From positions 109,036 to 173,035 of the forward strand of contig CAZKFD010000011.1 of NCBI GenBank assembly GCA_964551995.1: DNA of 64,000 bases. The letters are read 5' to 3'. Of the stretch, positions 18,553 through 27,786 are shown in pieces. The DNA is from an uncultured Eubacteriales bacterium (GTDB lineage: Bacteria > Acidobacteriota > Aminicenantia > Aminicenantales > Saccharicenantaceae). The notes beneath the pieces were generated by a model that saw only the letters and a list, made by a program, of their open reading frames with translations, was not told the DNA's origin and made no database searches. Made by a program: the position numbers and the translations under genes. Position 1 is the stretch's first letter. Each line of letters opens with the position of its first letter.

Positions 18553-19842
18553 CTAGAACAGCGTGAGCTGGGCGGCCAGATCCTCGGCCGCGTCCTGACC
18601 GAAGAGATGGATGAGGCCGTATTCGCCGTCGTGGCCGGGGACGATGCGGACGAGCCCGCGCCGCATCCGGTCGATACCGGCGCTGACTTTATCCGGACTG
18701 ACGCGGGCCAGCTCGGGGATGGGCACGTCGACGAGGACCGAAAACTCGTCGCCGAACTCCCGGATGAACTTGAAGTACAGGTCCCAGACGCCCTGGCTGT
18801 CCGGCGTCTTGCCGACGGCCTCGGCGACGATCTCGTTGAGGGGAACAAGGCTCTTGAACGGGATGCGCCCGGCTCCGTCCGCGGACTCCCGGTCGGCCAG
18901 CTCCTCGACGCGGTGGAGGACGCCGATCGTCAGACGCTTCCCGCACTTGGGACAGAGGTCGTTCGACTTCAGGCTCTCCCGGGGCGAGAGGACGACGCCG
19001 CATTTGCGGTGGCCGTCGTAGTGGTACTTGCCTTCCTCGGGGAAGAACTCGATCGTGTAAAGGAATCTGGACGGGTCCCGTGCCCGGAGGGCGTCCATGA
19101 GCCCCCGGTAGGAGAACTCCGTATCAAAGACATTGGCCTCCCGGCCGATGCGTGACGGAGAATGGGCGTCGGAGTTGGATACTAGGGCGAAGCGGTCGAG
19201 GGCCGAGAGCCGCCAGTTCATGGCCGGATCGGATGAGAGGCCCGTCTCGAGGGCGAAGATCATGGGCGTCATCTCCTCGAAGCACTCCTCGATCGCATCG
19301 AACCCCGAGTTGGCGCCGAACAGCGAGAACCAGGGCGTCCAGATGTGGGAGGGGATGACGACACAGCGCGGGCAGGTCTCGGCCACCATCCGGCAGAACA
19401 GCCGTACGTCCAGGCCGAGGATCGGCCGTCCGTCGGAGCGCAGGTTTCCGATCCCCTCCAGCCGGCCGTTGATCCTCTCGACCGACTCGAAGTCCGGCGC
19501 GAGGAGCATGACGTGGATCTTGCGGACCTTGCCCCCTTTCGAATAGATGAAGCTCAGCTCCGTCGAGAGAATGAACGAGACGTCCTGGGGCGAGACGGAC
19601 ATTCCACGGAACAAGGGGTCCCCTGAGGGCTGGATGTTCGTCCGGAACTCGAAGAACCCGTTGCCCGACGGCTTGAGTTTTTCCTTCATGAGGAAGAGCC
19701 ACTCGGGATGGGTGAAATCACCCGTGGCGAGGAGGCGGATGCCTTTGGCCTTGGCCCAATAGGCGAGCGTGTCGAGGACCATCTCGCGTGACGTAGCCCG
19801 GGAGAATTTCGAATGAACGTGAAGATCAGCCACGAACTTCAT
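18553..19842 (-). CDS. endoQ: Endonuclease Q-like protein (PHP-fold nuclease with C-terminal zinc finger)
   Basis: From MKFVADLHVHSKFS. HIWTPWFSLFG, SNSDAHSPSRIGREANVFD and KYHYDGHRKCGVVLSP...CPKCGKRLTIGVLHRVEELAD are collinear with the Pyrococcus EndoQ motifs. Confidence 0.8.
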   Translation of the reverse strand: MKFVADLHVHSKFSRATSREMVLDTLAYWAKAKGIRLLATGDFTHPEWLFLMKEKLKPSGNGFFEFRTNIQPSGDPLFRGMSVSPQDVSFILSTELSFIYSKGGKVRKIHVMLLAPDFESVERINGRLEGIGNLRSDGRPILGLDVRLFCRMVAETCPRCVVIPSHIWTPWFSLFGANSGFDAIEECFEEMTPMIFALETGLSSDPAMNWRLSALDRFALVSNSDAHSPSRIGREANVFDTEFSYRGLMDALRARDPSRFLYTIEFFPEEGKYHYDGHRKCGVVLSPRESLKSNDLCPKCGKRLTIGVLHRVEELADRESADGAGRIPFKSLVPLNEIVAEAVGKTPDSQGVWDLYFKFIREFGDEFSVLVDVPIPELARVSPDKVSAGIDRMRRGLVRIVPGHDGEYGLIHLFGQDAAEDLAAQLTLF

Positions 19843-20007
19843 GAGCGGGATTTTCAGTTTAGAACGAGCCGACGGCGATTGCAAGTCTTTTTCGCGCCGA
19901 ATCACGAGCAGGCCGCGATCGCGAAGCCGCTCCTTCAAGCGCTGAGAAAATGATGATAGAATATTCGTGGGGAGGGTGGCCGGGTCTTCCGGGCGCCCGA
20001 CCCAGGA

Positions 20008-20940
20008 GTGGAGAAGTCTCGGATGAGATCGGGCGTGCTCGCTTCCGGGCTGGTCCTTGCGGCTGCGGCGTTCCTCGCCGCCCAGGGTTTCGGCGGCCGG
20101 GAACGCGTCCGCGGCGCCGTCTACGACGAAGCGGGGAAACCGCTCCAGGGAGTCCGTGTCGAATTCCTCTCGGCCGCGGGCGAACGCGGGTTCGACCTGA
20201 AAACCGACAAGGCCGGAAAATGGACGGCCCTCGGCGTCGCCCGCGGACATTGGACGGTCCTGTTCGAGACGGTCGGCTATATCCCGGAGAAGACCGTTCT
20301 GGACGTCCCGGCCGCGGGGAGGAACCCCGAGTTCGTCGTCACGCTCAAGAAGATCGCCGGCCTAGCCGTGACTGAGGAGATCAGGGACCTCCTCGCGAGG
20401 GCCAACGGGCTCTTCGACCAGAAGGACTACGGCGCAGCGGCCGGCCTCTATGAGCGGATCCTGGCGAAATGCCCCGACGCCGTCCTGATCGCCCGCAGGG
20501 TGGCCGATTGCCGTCTCGCCCTGGGCCAGTACGAACCGGCCGAACAGACCTACCGGAAGGTCCTGGAGAAGGAGCCTGGAAACGTCGAAGCCGTGATCGG
20601 CGTCGGCGAGTGCCTCTTGGCCCGCGGCGACGTCAGGACGGCCATGGATTGGTATGCCAAGTTCGATTTCGACAGCGTCCAGGACCCGGTCGTCTTATAC
20701 AACGTCGGAACGGTCTGCTATAACGCCAGTCAGTTCGAGGACGCGCTGAAGTATTACCGGAAAGCGGTCGAGAGGCAGAAGGACTTCCTTGACGCCCTCT
20801 ATCAGCTGGGCCTGACCTGCCTCAATCTCCAGAAGAGGGAGGAGGCCGTCGCCGCTTTCGAACGATGCCTGGGGCTCGTTCCCTCCGATTCCCCCCGGGC
20901 GCAGCAGGTCAGAGGGTTCCTCGAATACCTGAAAAAATGA
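20008..20940 (+). CDS. Secreted TPR-repeat protein with N-terminal carboxypeptidase-regulatory-like beta-sandwich
   Basis: Signal peptide MRSGVLASGLVLAAAAFLAAQ. RVRGAVYDEAGKPLQGVRVEF is CarbopepD_reg-like. TPR-like YERILAKCPDAV, YRKVLEKEPGNVEA and YYRKAVERQKDF. Confidence 0.65.
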   Translation: MEKSRMRSGVLASGLVLAAAAFLAAQGFGGRERVRGAVYDEAGKPLQGVRVEFLSAAGERGFDLKTDKAGKWTALGVARGHWTVLFETVGYIPEKTVLDVPAAGRNPEFVVTLKKIAGLAVTEEIRDLLARANGLFDQKDYGAAAGLYERILAKCPDAVLIARRVADCRLALGQYEPAEQTYRKVLEKEPGNVEAVIGVGECLLARGDVRTAMDWYAKFDFDSVQDPVVLYNVGTVCYNASQFEDALKYYRKAVERQKDFLDALYQLGLTCLNLQKREEAVAAFERCLGLVPSDSPRAQQVRGFLEYLKK

Positions 20941-20976
20941 GAGTCCGGCCGTGAGATTGCCGGTGTGGGAGAGGCC

Positions 20977-21936
20977 ATGAACATCAAAAGGGCTCTTTAT
21001 GTTTGCGCGGCTCTGGCCGCGTGGCTCTGTCTTGCGCCCGGACGGAGCGCGGCCACGCCCGGAACGAAGCTGGACCCGGAGAGCGACAGATTCTATCAGA
21101 CGGCGCAGCTGATCATGACCGGCGAGGAGAAGAAGATCTTCAATCACCTGCCGGACGCGGCCTCGCGGAAGGAGTTCATCAAGGACTTCTGGGACAAGCG
21201 GAACCCCGACCCGGACGCGCTCGATAACGCGTATAAAAAGGAGTTGGAGGCCCGGGTCGATTACGCCAACAAGCACTTCCGCGAGGGCGGCCTCGGCATG
21301 AACACGGACCGCGGCCGCATCTACATTTTTATGGGCCGGCCCGACAAGGTCGAGGAATATTACAACCAAGGGTATTCCAACCAGGGATATTACAACCAGG
21401 CCGGCACGGGCATCCGGGGCTCTATCATCCAGTGGTTCTACTACAATTACGGCCTGGGCATCGAGTTCGTCGATGAGCGGGGGATCGGCGAATTCCGGAT
21501 GCGCGACTACACCGGGGCCGGAAACTTCTTCGAAGCCATGGACCTTTTCAAGCTCGGACAGTCCGTTGGCCCGGACTCCGTGTTCAAACAGCCCGTCGTC
21601 AAGTTTGATCTGAAGTACGACGCCTCCCGGAAAGAGCTGGAAGTGGACTTTCCGGCCAAGGACCTCTTTTTCCGCGAGAACGACGAAGGCCAGCTCCAGG
21701 TCGACCTCGATTTCAAGATCTACGTCTATCCGAACGAAGGAGCGACGAAGGAGACGTTCGAGGAAAGCCAGTTCTTCGTCACGACGGACAGCGAACTCCA
21801 GGGGCTGAAGACCGTTCCCTTCCGGTTCAGCCGCGCGCTGAAGCCCGGGAAGAACTTCGTTGACGTGATCGCCATGGGGAAGCAGGGGACGAGGGGTAAA
21901 GTCCGGCGGATCTTCGAGATCAAGGTCGGTCCCTGA
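20977..21936 (+). CDS. GWxTD-domain secreted protein
   Basis: Signal peptide MNIKRALYVCAALAAWLCLAPG. FIKDFWDKRNPDPDALDN and GMNTDRGRIYIFMGRPDKVE match the FW..R.PDP and GWxTD-RGR-YI..G.PD motifs. Confidence 0.6.
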   Translation: MNIKRALYVCAALAAWLCLAPGRSAATPGTKLDPESDRFYQTAQLIMTGEEKKIFNHLPDAASRKEFIKDFWDKRNPDPDALDNAYKKELEARVDYANKHFREGGLGMNTDRGRIYIFMGRPDKVEEYYNQGYSNQGYYNQAGTGIRGSIIQWFYYNYGLGIEFVDERGIGEFRMRDYTGAGNFFEAMDLFKLGQSVGPDSVFKQPVVKFDLKYDASRKELEVDFPAKDLFFRENDEGQLQVDLDFKIYVYPNEGATKETFEESQFFVTTDSELQGLKTVPFRFSRALKPGKNFVDVIAMGKQGTRGKVRRIFEIKVGP

Positions 21937-21988
21937 GCCCGTCCGCGGACGCCGCCCGCGGGCCGCTCCGGCGAGCGACGGTTGAACC

Positions 21989-23101
21989 CTACTTCACTTC
22001 GAATGGGACGGTCTTCTCGACCTTTCCCCCTGAAAGCATATCGGTGATCTTGATCACCAGGTTGTATTTTCCGGCGGGAAGGTCCCTTTGCTCCGTCCGT
22101 CGGCCTTTCTCGTCCGTGATCTGGAGTGTCTGCTTGAGCGGCAGAGGTTGGTCGACCAGAGGGTGAACGTATTCTCGCATTTCCCACCTGATAGCGATCG
22201 TCCCGTCCGGCTTCTGGACCTCGTAGGTGGTCTGGATCTGGCACACGGTGTCGGGAGGCTGTCCCTTGGTCTTTGCCCCGAGGACATAGTAGAAGGGCTC
22301 GATCTGGCCTTTGTTCTCAGGCGTCACGATGCTATTGGCATCGGGCGTGATCTGGAGCAGGTAGCAAGCGAAAGATTCTCTGTGAACCGTGGGGTACAAC
22401 TCAGGACTCTGCAGCTGGTCGATCTTCTTGACGAAAAAAACGGGCGTTATGTCGATCGTCTTCTCATACGCCTCCGGTCCGGGCAGAGCGAAGTCATAAT
22501 AGCCGACACCCACTTTTTTCAGGTCGGGTGTCGCTATGGCCATAGCCAGGGTATATTTCGTGGGCGGGAGGATATAACTGAACGAATACCAATCCTCCTT
22601 GTTCGGGTCGTAGCTCGCGCTCTCTTCCTGGAAGGAGAACGGAATGTATCCTTCCCGGAAGGCCGTTGATTTTTCCGAGGCGTCGGTTTGCAAAAATTCA
22701 TAATAGATGCTCAGGTTGGCTTGGAGGACGCCCGGCGCCGGAGTCGCTGTCGGAGGCTGTTGTCCTTTCGTCTTGGGCTGGGGCGGGGGCGCCGGAGCGG
22801 CGAATCCGAGGTCCGCGTTCTTGGCCTGGAAGATGAAAGCAATAATTTCGGAGCCCGCCTGGATAGGCACTTGATAGATTCTGGTAATCGTGAAGGGAAT
22901 ATCCTGTCGGCCCTGGCGGGTCGCCAGTCCCTCCTGCATGATGGCTTTGATTTCCTTGGGGATGCGGATCTTTTCCGGCTGTTTCGTTTCCTGGGGCTTA
23001 GTCTCCTTCTGTTTGTCAGGCGTCGCTTGGGCGAAAAGCGCGGACAAGCTCAGCATGAAGACAAGGGGGAGACCGGCCACGAGGATTTTTTGGGGTCTCA
23101 T
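21989..23101 (-). CDS. Hypothetical secreted protein (Pro-rich linker, two beta-rich domains)
   Basis: Start MRPQKILVAGLPLVFMLSLSALFAQA is a signal peptide with RBS ggagga. The APAPPPQPKTKGQQPPTATPAPG linker is proline-rich. Local GC is visibly lower than the flanks. Confidence 0.55.
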   Translation of the reverse strand: MRPQKILVAGLPLVFMLSLSALFAQATPDKQKETKPQETKQPEKIRIPKEIKAIMQEGLATRQGRQDIPFTITRIYQVPIQAGSEIIAFIFQAKNADLGFAAPAPPPQPKTKGQQPPTATPAPGVLQANLSIYYEFLQTDASEKSTAFREGYIPFSFQEESASYDPNKEDWYSFSYILPPTKYTLAMAIATPDLKKVGVGYYDFALPGPEAYEKTIDITPVFFVKKIDQLQSPELYPTVHRESFACYLLQITPDANSIVTPENKGQIEPFYYVLGAKTKGQPPDTVCQIQTTYEVQKPDGTIAIRWEMREYVHPLVDQPLPLKQTLQITDEKGRRTEQRDLPAGKYNLVIKITDMLSGGKVEKTVPFEVK

Positions 23102-23286
23102 ATTTCCTCCTTGAGAGATGCCTCTTTTCATCCCGCCGAAATGGGGGCAATTCTCGTGCTAAATCGAACAGTGTGAGCTCTCCGTCTCTGGGGGAGGAAC
23201 CGCGCCGCTCGTAAAACTTCTTTGCAAGTCGAAATCGTCACGCGAGCCCTCTCCCAGCCGAAGATAACGCTTAAATATATCAGATT

Positions 23287-24297
23287 TCATTTTTTTTTCA
23301 ACTGGTACTTTTTGACGGCCTTCTGGTGCGCCTCGAAGGTCCGGCTAAATTGGTGAGTGCCGTCCCCGCGCGCGACAAAATAGAGATATTTTTCCGGAGC
23401 CGGGTCCCAGGCCGCCTCCAGGGACGATCGTCCCGGATTGCAGATCGGGCCCGGCGGCAGGCCGGCCTGGACGTAGGTATTGTAAGGCGACGGAAACTTC
23501 ATGTCCCGGCTGAGAAGCCGGCCCGTGTACCTGCTTTCGAGCTTGAGACCGTAGATCACCGTCGGGTCGCAGTCGAGCTTCATCCCGAGACGCAGGCGGT
23601 TGTGGAAGACCGCGGACACCAGGGGACGCTCCTCGGGGCGGGCGGTTTCCTTCTCGATCATGGAAGCCAGGATGACCGCGTCCCGGACGCTCATCCCCGG
23701 CTCCGGAGTCCGGGACCGCTCGAGGTCGCCGATGACTCTCCGGAGCTCGCCGACCATGGTCTCGATGATGTCCCTGGCCGACGGCTGCCGAGGTACGAAA
23801 TAGGTGTCCGGGAATAAATATCCCTCCAGGTTTTTCGCCCGGGGGTCCCAGCCCGCAATCAAGGACGTGTCGCGGAAGGCGGACATGAACGCGTCCTCCC
23901 CCACGTTTGCTTCGGCAGACAGAAGGGCCGCGATCTCCCGTCCCGTCAGACCCTCCGGAAATGTGATGGGGCGAAGGTAGATCCTGCCCAAGAAGAGCTT
24001 GAACAAGACCTCCTTGGCCCGGGCCGGAAACGCGATCTCGTACTCTCCCGCCCTGGGCCGCTCGCGGGAGTAGAAAAGATCGTAGGCCGTCGTCACGGCC
24101 AGGGCGCTTCTGATGATGCCGACGTCGCGGAGCTCCGCGGCGACGCCCCGAAAGCTCCGCCCCTTCTGGACCTCGAAGAAAACGCTGCCGCCGGGTCCGG
24201 CGTTCGGGACCTCGAGTTCACGGACCAGCCAGCCTGTCAGAGCCGGAAGGAGCAAGAGCGCGGTCAGGACGGCGGCCTTAACGGCTTTGAGGAGCAT
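23287..24297 (-). CDS. mltG: Endolytic murein transglycosylase MltG (YceG family)
   Basis: N-terminal TM, then the YceG-like domain: EGYLFPDTYFV and SMIEKETARPEERPLVSAVFHNRLRLGMKLDCDPTVIYG. Confidence 0.85.
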   Translation of the reverse strand: MLLKAVKAAVLTALLLLPALTGWLVRELEVPNAGPGGSVFFEVQKGRSFRGVAAELRDVGIIRSALAVTTAYDLFYSRERPRAGEYEIAFPARAKEVLFKLFLGRIYLRPITFPEGLTGREIAALLSAEANVGEDAFMSAFRDTSLIAGWDPRAKNLEGYLFPDTYFVPRQPSARDIIETMVGELRRVIGDLERSRTPEPGMSVRDAVILASMIEKETARPEERPLVSAVFHNRLRLGMKLDCDPTVIYGLKLESRYTGRLLSRDMKFPSPYNTYVQAGLPPGPICNPGRSSLEAAWDPAPEKYLYFVARGDGTHQFSRTFEAHQKAVKKYQLKKK

Positions 24298-24718
24298 GAG
24301 GATCCCCGTGCCTCCGCTCGAGGTACGTCGAAAGGATGATAACGGCCGCCACTTGGTCCTCCCAACGTTTTTTCTTCGCGCCCCGGAAGTTCTGGCCCTG
24401 CAGGAGGTGGAGGGCTTCGCGGGTCGTCAGGCGCTCGTCGAGAAAGAAAACGGGCTTCTGCACGGCTTCTCTGAGCCAGGCCGCGAACTGACGCGTTTTC
24501 TCGGCCCGCGTCCCCGAGCTGCCGTCCATGCGGAGCGGGTCGCCGATCACGATCTCCTGGATGTCCCAGCGGGAAATGAGGTCCTGAAAGAACCTGCGGT
24601 CTTCCTCGTGCCGGCCGGTGAGCTTGTAAGTCCCGTGCGGCTGAGCCGTGATCAGGAGGGGATCGCTCAGGGCGAGGCCGACATTCCGGTCTCCGTAGTC
24701 TATCCCGAGGACCCTCAT
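24278..24718 (-). CDS. ruvX: Holliday junction resolvase-like RuvX/YqgF
   Basis: 146 aa. MRVLGIDYGDRNVGLALSD is canonical RNase H-like YqgF. Confidence 0.85.
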   Translation of the reverse strand: MRVLGIDYGDRNVGLALSDPLLITAQPHGTYKLTGRHEEDRRFFQDLISRWDIQEIVIGDPLRMDGSSGTRAEKTRQFAAWLREAVQKPVFFLDERLTTREALHLLQGQNFRGAKKKRWEDQVAAVIILSTYLERRHGDPHAPQSR

Positions 24719-25782
24719 CCCGGGTCCCTCTCGACACAGGCTTTTCGCGACCGCTGCCGCTCGAATCCGAGCCGGATCAGCCTCTCCAGGAGCCGGGGGA
24801 AGGGAAGGCCGCTCGCCTCCCAGAGCTTGGGGTACATGCTGATGGCCGTGAAGCCCGGGATCGTGTTGAGCTCGTTGACGAACAGGCGGTTCGTGCCGTC
24901 CTCGAGAAAAAAATCCACGCGGGCCATCCCCGACACCTCCAAGGCCAGGAACGCCCGGACGGCCAGCTGGCGGATCCTCTCGGTCGTCGGCCGGGGCAGG
25001 GCGGCGGGAATCACGAACGTCGTCTTCCCGTCGAGGTACTTGTCCCGGTAGTCATAGAATTCCCGGTAGGGGATGATCTGTCCCGGCAGCGAGGCTTCGG
25101 GCGGGGCGCCGCCGAGGACGCTGCACTCGAGCTCGCGGCCGGCGATGCCCCTCTCGACGAGGACTTTCGTGTCGTACCGGAAGGCCCTCTCCAGGGCGGC
25201 TTCTATCCGGCGCCGGTCCGTGACCTTGCTGATGCCGACACTCGAGCCGAGGTTGGACGGTTTGACGAAGACGGGCAGGCCGAACTCGGCCCGGATCCGC
25301 CGCAGGACTACCCGGCGCCCCGTCCGCCAGTCCCGCTCATCGAAGGCGAGCCAGGGGACGACAGGAAGCCCCCCCGCCCGGAAAAGGGTCTTGGAGATGA
25401 CCTTGTCCATGCCCAGCGCCGAGCCCAGAACGCCCGCTCCGACATAGGGGACCCCGCCCATTTCGAGAAGGCCCTGGATAGTCCCGTCTTCGCCGAACGG
25501 ACCGTGCAGGACGGGGAAGTAGATATCGGCCCGGAGGGCGCGCCGCAGGCCGCGGACGTCCCAGGGGAGCAAGGGAAAGACCCGGCCCGGCGATAGTCTC
25601 TTCGGGTTCGATGACGGCGCGGCGACGACCTTCCAGAGCCCGGCCTTCGTGACGTAGAGCGAGCGGACGTCAAATTTCGCCTTGTCCAGGTTCCTGTGGA
25701 TGGCCTCCGCCGAGGCCAGGGACACCTCGTGCTCGGCGGAGCGCCCCCCGAAAATCAGGCCGACGACGATTTTTTTGGACAT
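24715..25782 (-). CDS. ddl: D-alanine--D-alanine ligase
   Basis: Start MSKKIVVGLIFGGRSAEHEVSL. DIYFPVLHGPFGEDGTIQGLLE, the ATP-grasp LPVFVKPSNLGSSVGISKV and ELNTIPGFT. 4-nt overlap with ruvX. Confidence 0.9.
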   Translation of the reverse strand: MSKKIVVGLIFGGRSAEHEVSLASAEAIHRNLDKAKFDVRSLYVTKAGLWKVVAAPSSNPKRLSPGRVFPLLPWDVRGLRRALRADIYFPVLHGPFGEDGTIQGLLEMGGVPYVGAGVLGSALGMDKVISKTLFRAGGLPVVPWLAFDERDWRTGRRVVLRRIRAEFGLPVFVKPSNLGSSVGISKVTDRRRIEAALERAFRYDTKVLVERGIAGRELECSVLGGAPPEASLPGQIIPYREFYDYRDKYLDGKTTFVIPAALPRPTTERIRQLAVRAFLALEVSGMARVDFFLEDGTNRLFVNELNTIPGFTAISMYPKLWEASGLPFPRLLERLIRLGFERQRSRKACVERDPG

Positions 25783-25985
25783 CGGGTCCCTCGGCGCGAC
25801 TAAAAAACTGAGGCAAATTATTCTAGTATAAGTCGCGGGCTTTTGTCTATGACGCACGAAGGAACGCTTCCGGGGCCGGGCCGGCCGCCTGTTCCTGTAC
25901 GGCGGCGGAACTTTGTATTGACAGTGTCCCGGAGGGGTCCTTATAATAACGCCAAGTGGAACGCCATCGGCCAAGAGGTGTGATC

Positions 25986-26780
25986 ATGACAAACCGGAAA
26001 GGAATCTCCTTGGGTCTTCTCGGCTTTGCCGTCGTCGCGTTCGTGCTGCTCGTGCCAGGCCGCACGTATGCCCAGGATCAGATTCAGAAGGCCAAGATTT
26101 TCGAAGAGACCTACCAGATGATCACCGATACCGACCTCTATTGCTCTTTCTATATGCAGGAGGAGGGCAAGGCGCTTCCCGACCTGCGCATCATCGGGTC
26201 GGAGCGGATGAACGAGAAGGATAATCTGGCCGACGCGGATCTCATCTACCTCAACAAGGGGCAGGCCGACGGCCTCGAGATCGGCCAGCTCTTCCAGATC
26301 ATCGGGCTTGAAGATAAGGTTCCCCTTTATGGAACCGTAGCCCGTCACCTAGCTAAGGCCAGGATCATCCGGCTTGAAGACAAGATGGCGGTGGCGCGGA
26401 TCGAGAGGGCCTGCTGGGCGGTCAATGTCGGCGACTATCTCATCCCGTACGAGGAGCAGGAAGGCGAGATCGGAAAAGACAAGGGCTACAGCCAGATGGA
26501 CCCGAACGCCAGCAAGAAAGGGAACGTTATCTACGTCGACCAGGAGCTTCGTCTGGCCGGATCCGGGCAGTGGGCCCTGATCAACATGGGCCGCCAGCAG
26601 TGCGTCCAGATCGGCGACCAGCTCACCGTCTTCCACCGGGCGAAGCCGAATCTCCCCCGGGAGGCCGTCGGCAGCCTGATCATCATCGACGTCCGCGGCG
26701 CCACGGCGACGGTCAAAGTCCTGTCCTGTAGGGAGAACGTGGCTATCGGGGACGAAGTCCAGCTCAATACCGCGCGCTAG
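25986..26780 (+). CDS. Hypothetical secreted protein
   Basis: Start MTNRKGISLGLLGFAVVAFVLLVPGRTYAQ is a signal peptide. No recognised domain. Confidence 0.5.
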   Translation: MTNRKGISLGLLGFAVVAFVLLVPGRTYAQDQIQKAKIFEETYQMITDTDLYCSFYMQEEGKALPDLRIIGSERMNEKDNLADADLIYLNKGQADGLEIGQLFQIIGLEDKVPLYGTVARHLAKARIIRLEDKMAVARIERACWAVNVGDYLIPYEEQEGEIGKDKGYSQMDPNASKKGNVIYVDQELRLAGSGQWALINMGRQQCVQIGDQLTVFHRAKPNLPREAVGSLIIIDVRGATATVKVLSCRENVAIGDEVQLNTAR

Positions 26781-26908
26781 GCCCGGCTGCCTCTCCCCAG
26801 TCAGCCGGGGGCGGAGCGGCTCTCTCTGCCGGCCGGGGATCATCGATTGACAGGGGTGGGGATTTCTGCTAGTTTAGGGCGTGCCGTTTCTCCGAAATAA
26901 ACCAACGA

Positions 26909-26983
26909 GCGGGCGTAGTTCAGTGGTAGAACGTCTGCTTGCCATGCAGAAGGTCGTGGGTTCAAGTCCCATCGCCCGCTCCA
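26909..26983 (+). tRNA. tRNA-Gly (anticodon GCC), CCA encoded
   Basis: GCGGGCGTAGTTCAGTGGTAGAACGTCTGCTTGCCATGCAGAAGGTCGTGGGTTCAAGTCCCATCGCCCGCTCCA. Acceptor GCGGGCG/CGCCCGC, anticodon loop TTGCCAT. Confidence 0.9.
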
Positions 26984-27014
26984 TGCCACCCTTCCGGAGA
27001 CCGGACCGAACGAG

Positions 27015-27090
27015 GGCGCGGTACCCAAGAGGCTAAGGGAGAGGTCTGCAAAACCTTTATTCGTCGGTTCGAGTCCGACCCGCGCCTCCA
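27015..27090 (+). tRNA. tRNA-Cys (anticodon GCA), CCA encoded
   Basis: GGCGCGGTACCCAAGAGGCTAAGGGAGAGGTCTGCAAAACCTTTATTCGTCGGTTCGAGTCCGACCCGCGCCTCCA. Acceptor GGCGCGG/CCGCGCC, anticodon loop CTGCAAA, T-loop TTCGAGT. Confidence 0.85.
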
Positions 27091-27198
27091 AATCCCACCC
27101 GCGAGGCCGCCGTCTTCAAATGCGGCCGGGCCCCGGGGTTCATTGACAACCTCCTCTCGGAAAGGCTATCATGGCTTCATCTCGAGGAGGAGGGTGCT

Positions 27199-27786
27199 AT
27201 GGACTTGGTGCAGAGGGTTGAGGGAATTCTTATCCGGCCGAAGGAGGAGTGGGCCAAGATCAAGGCCGAGCCGACGACCGAAACCGAACTCTTTACGTCC
27301 TATGCCATGGTGCTGGCAGCGATCCCGGCCGCGGCCCAGTTTATCGGCCATCTCCTCGTCGGTCAGCGGATCCCCTTCATCGGCCTCTACCACTGGGGGA
27401 TCGGACGAGCCCTGGCGAACGCTGTTCTCGCCTATGTGTTCTCCCTGGCGACGGTTTATTTCTTCGCCGTCATCGTCAACGCCCTGGCGCCGAATTTCTC
27501 GTCGCTTCAGAACATGACGAACGCCATGAAACTCGCCGTCTACTGCATGACGCCGGGCTGGGTGGCGGGCATCCTGTACATCTTCCCGGTCCTGGGGATC
27601 CTGACCATACTGGCCAGCCTGTACGGCCTCTATATCCTCTATCTCGGTTTCCAGGCCCCGATGATGGAGACGCCCCGTGACAAGGTCCTGGGCTACATGG
27701 TCATCAGCATCGTCGTCGTGGTCGTTCTCGCCTTGGTCTTCGGGCTGATCCTCAGCTGGCTTTTCGCTGTCAGGCTTCACGCCTGA
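27199..27786 (+). CDS. Yip1-domain (DUF1282-like) membrane protein
   Basis: 195 aa, five hydrophobic helices after a soluble N-terminus MDLVQRVEGILIRPKEEWAKIKAEP, as in bacterial Yip1 proteins. Preceded by a TTGACA-N18-TATCAT promoter and the RBS gaggaggag. Confidence 0.6.
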   Translation: MDLVQRVEGILIRPKEEWAKIKAEPTTETELFTSYAMVLAAIPAAAQFIGHLLVGQRIPFIGLYHWGIGRALANAVLAYVFSLATVYFFAVIVNALAPNFSSLQNMTNAMKLAVYCMTPGWVAGILYIFPVLGILTILASLYGLYILYLGFQAPMMETPRDKVLGYMVISIVVVVVLALVFGLILSWLFAVRLHA

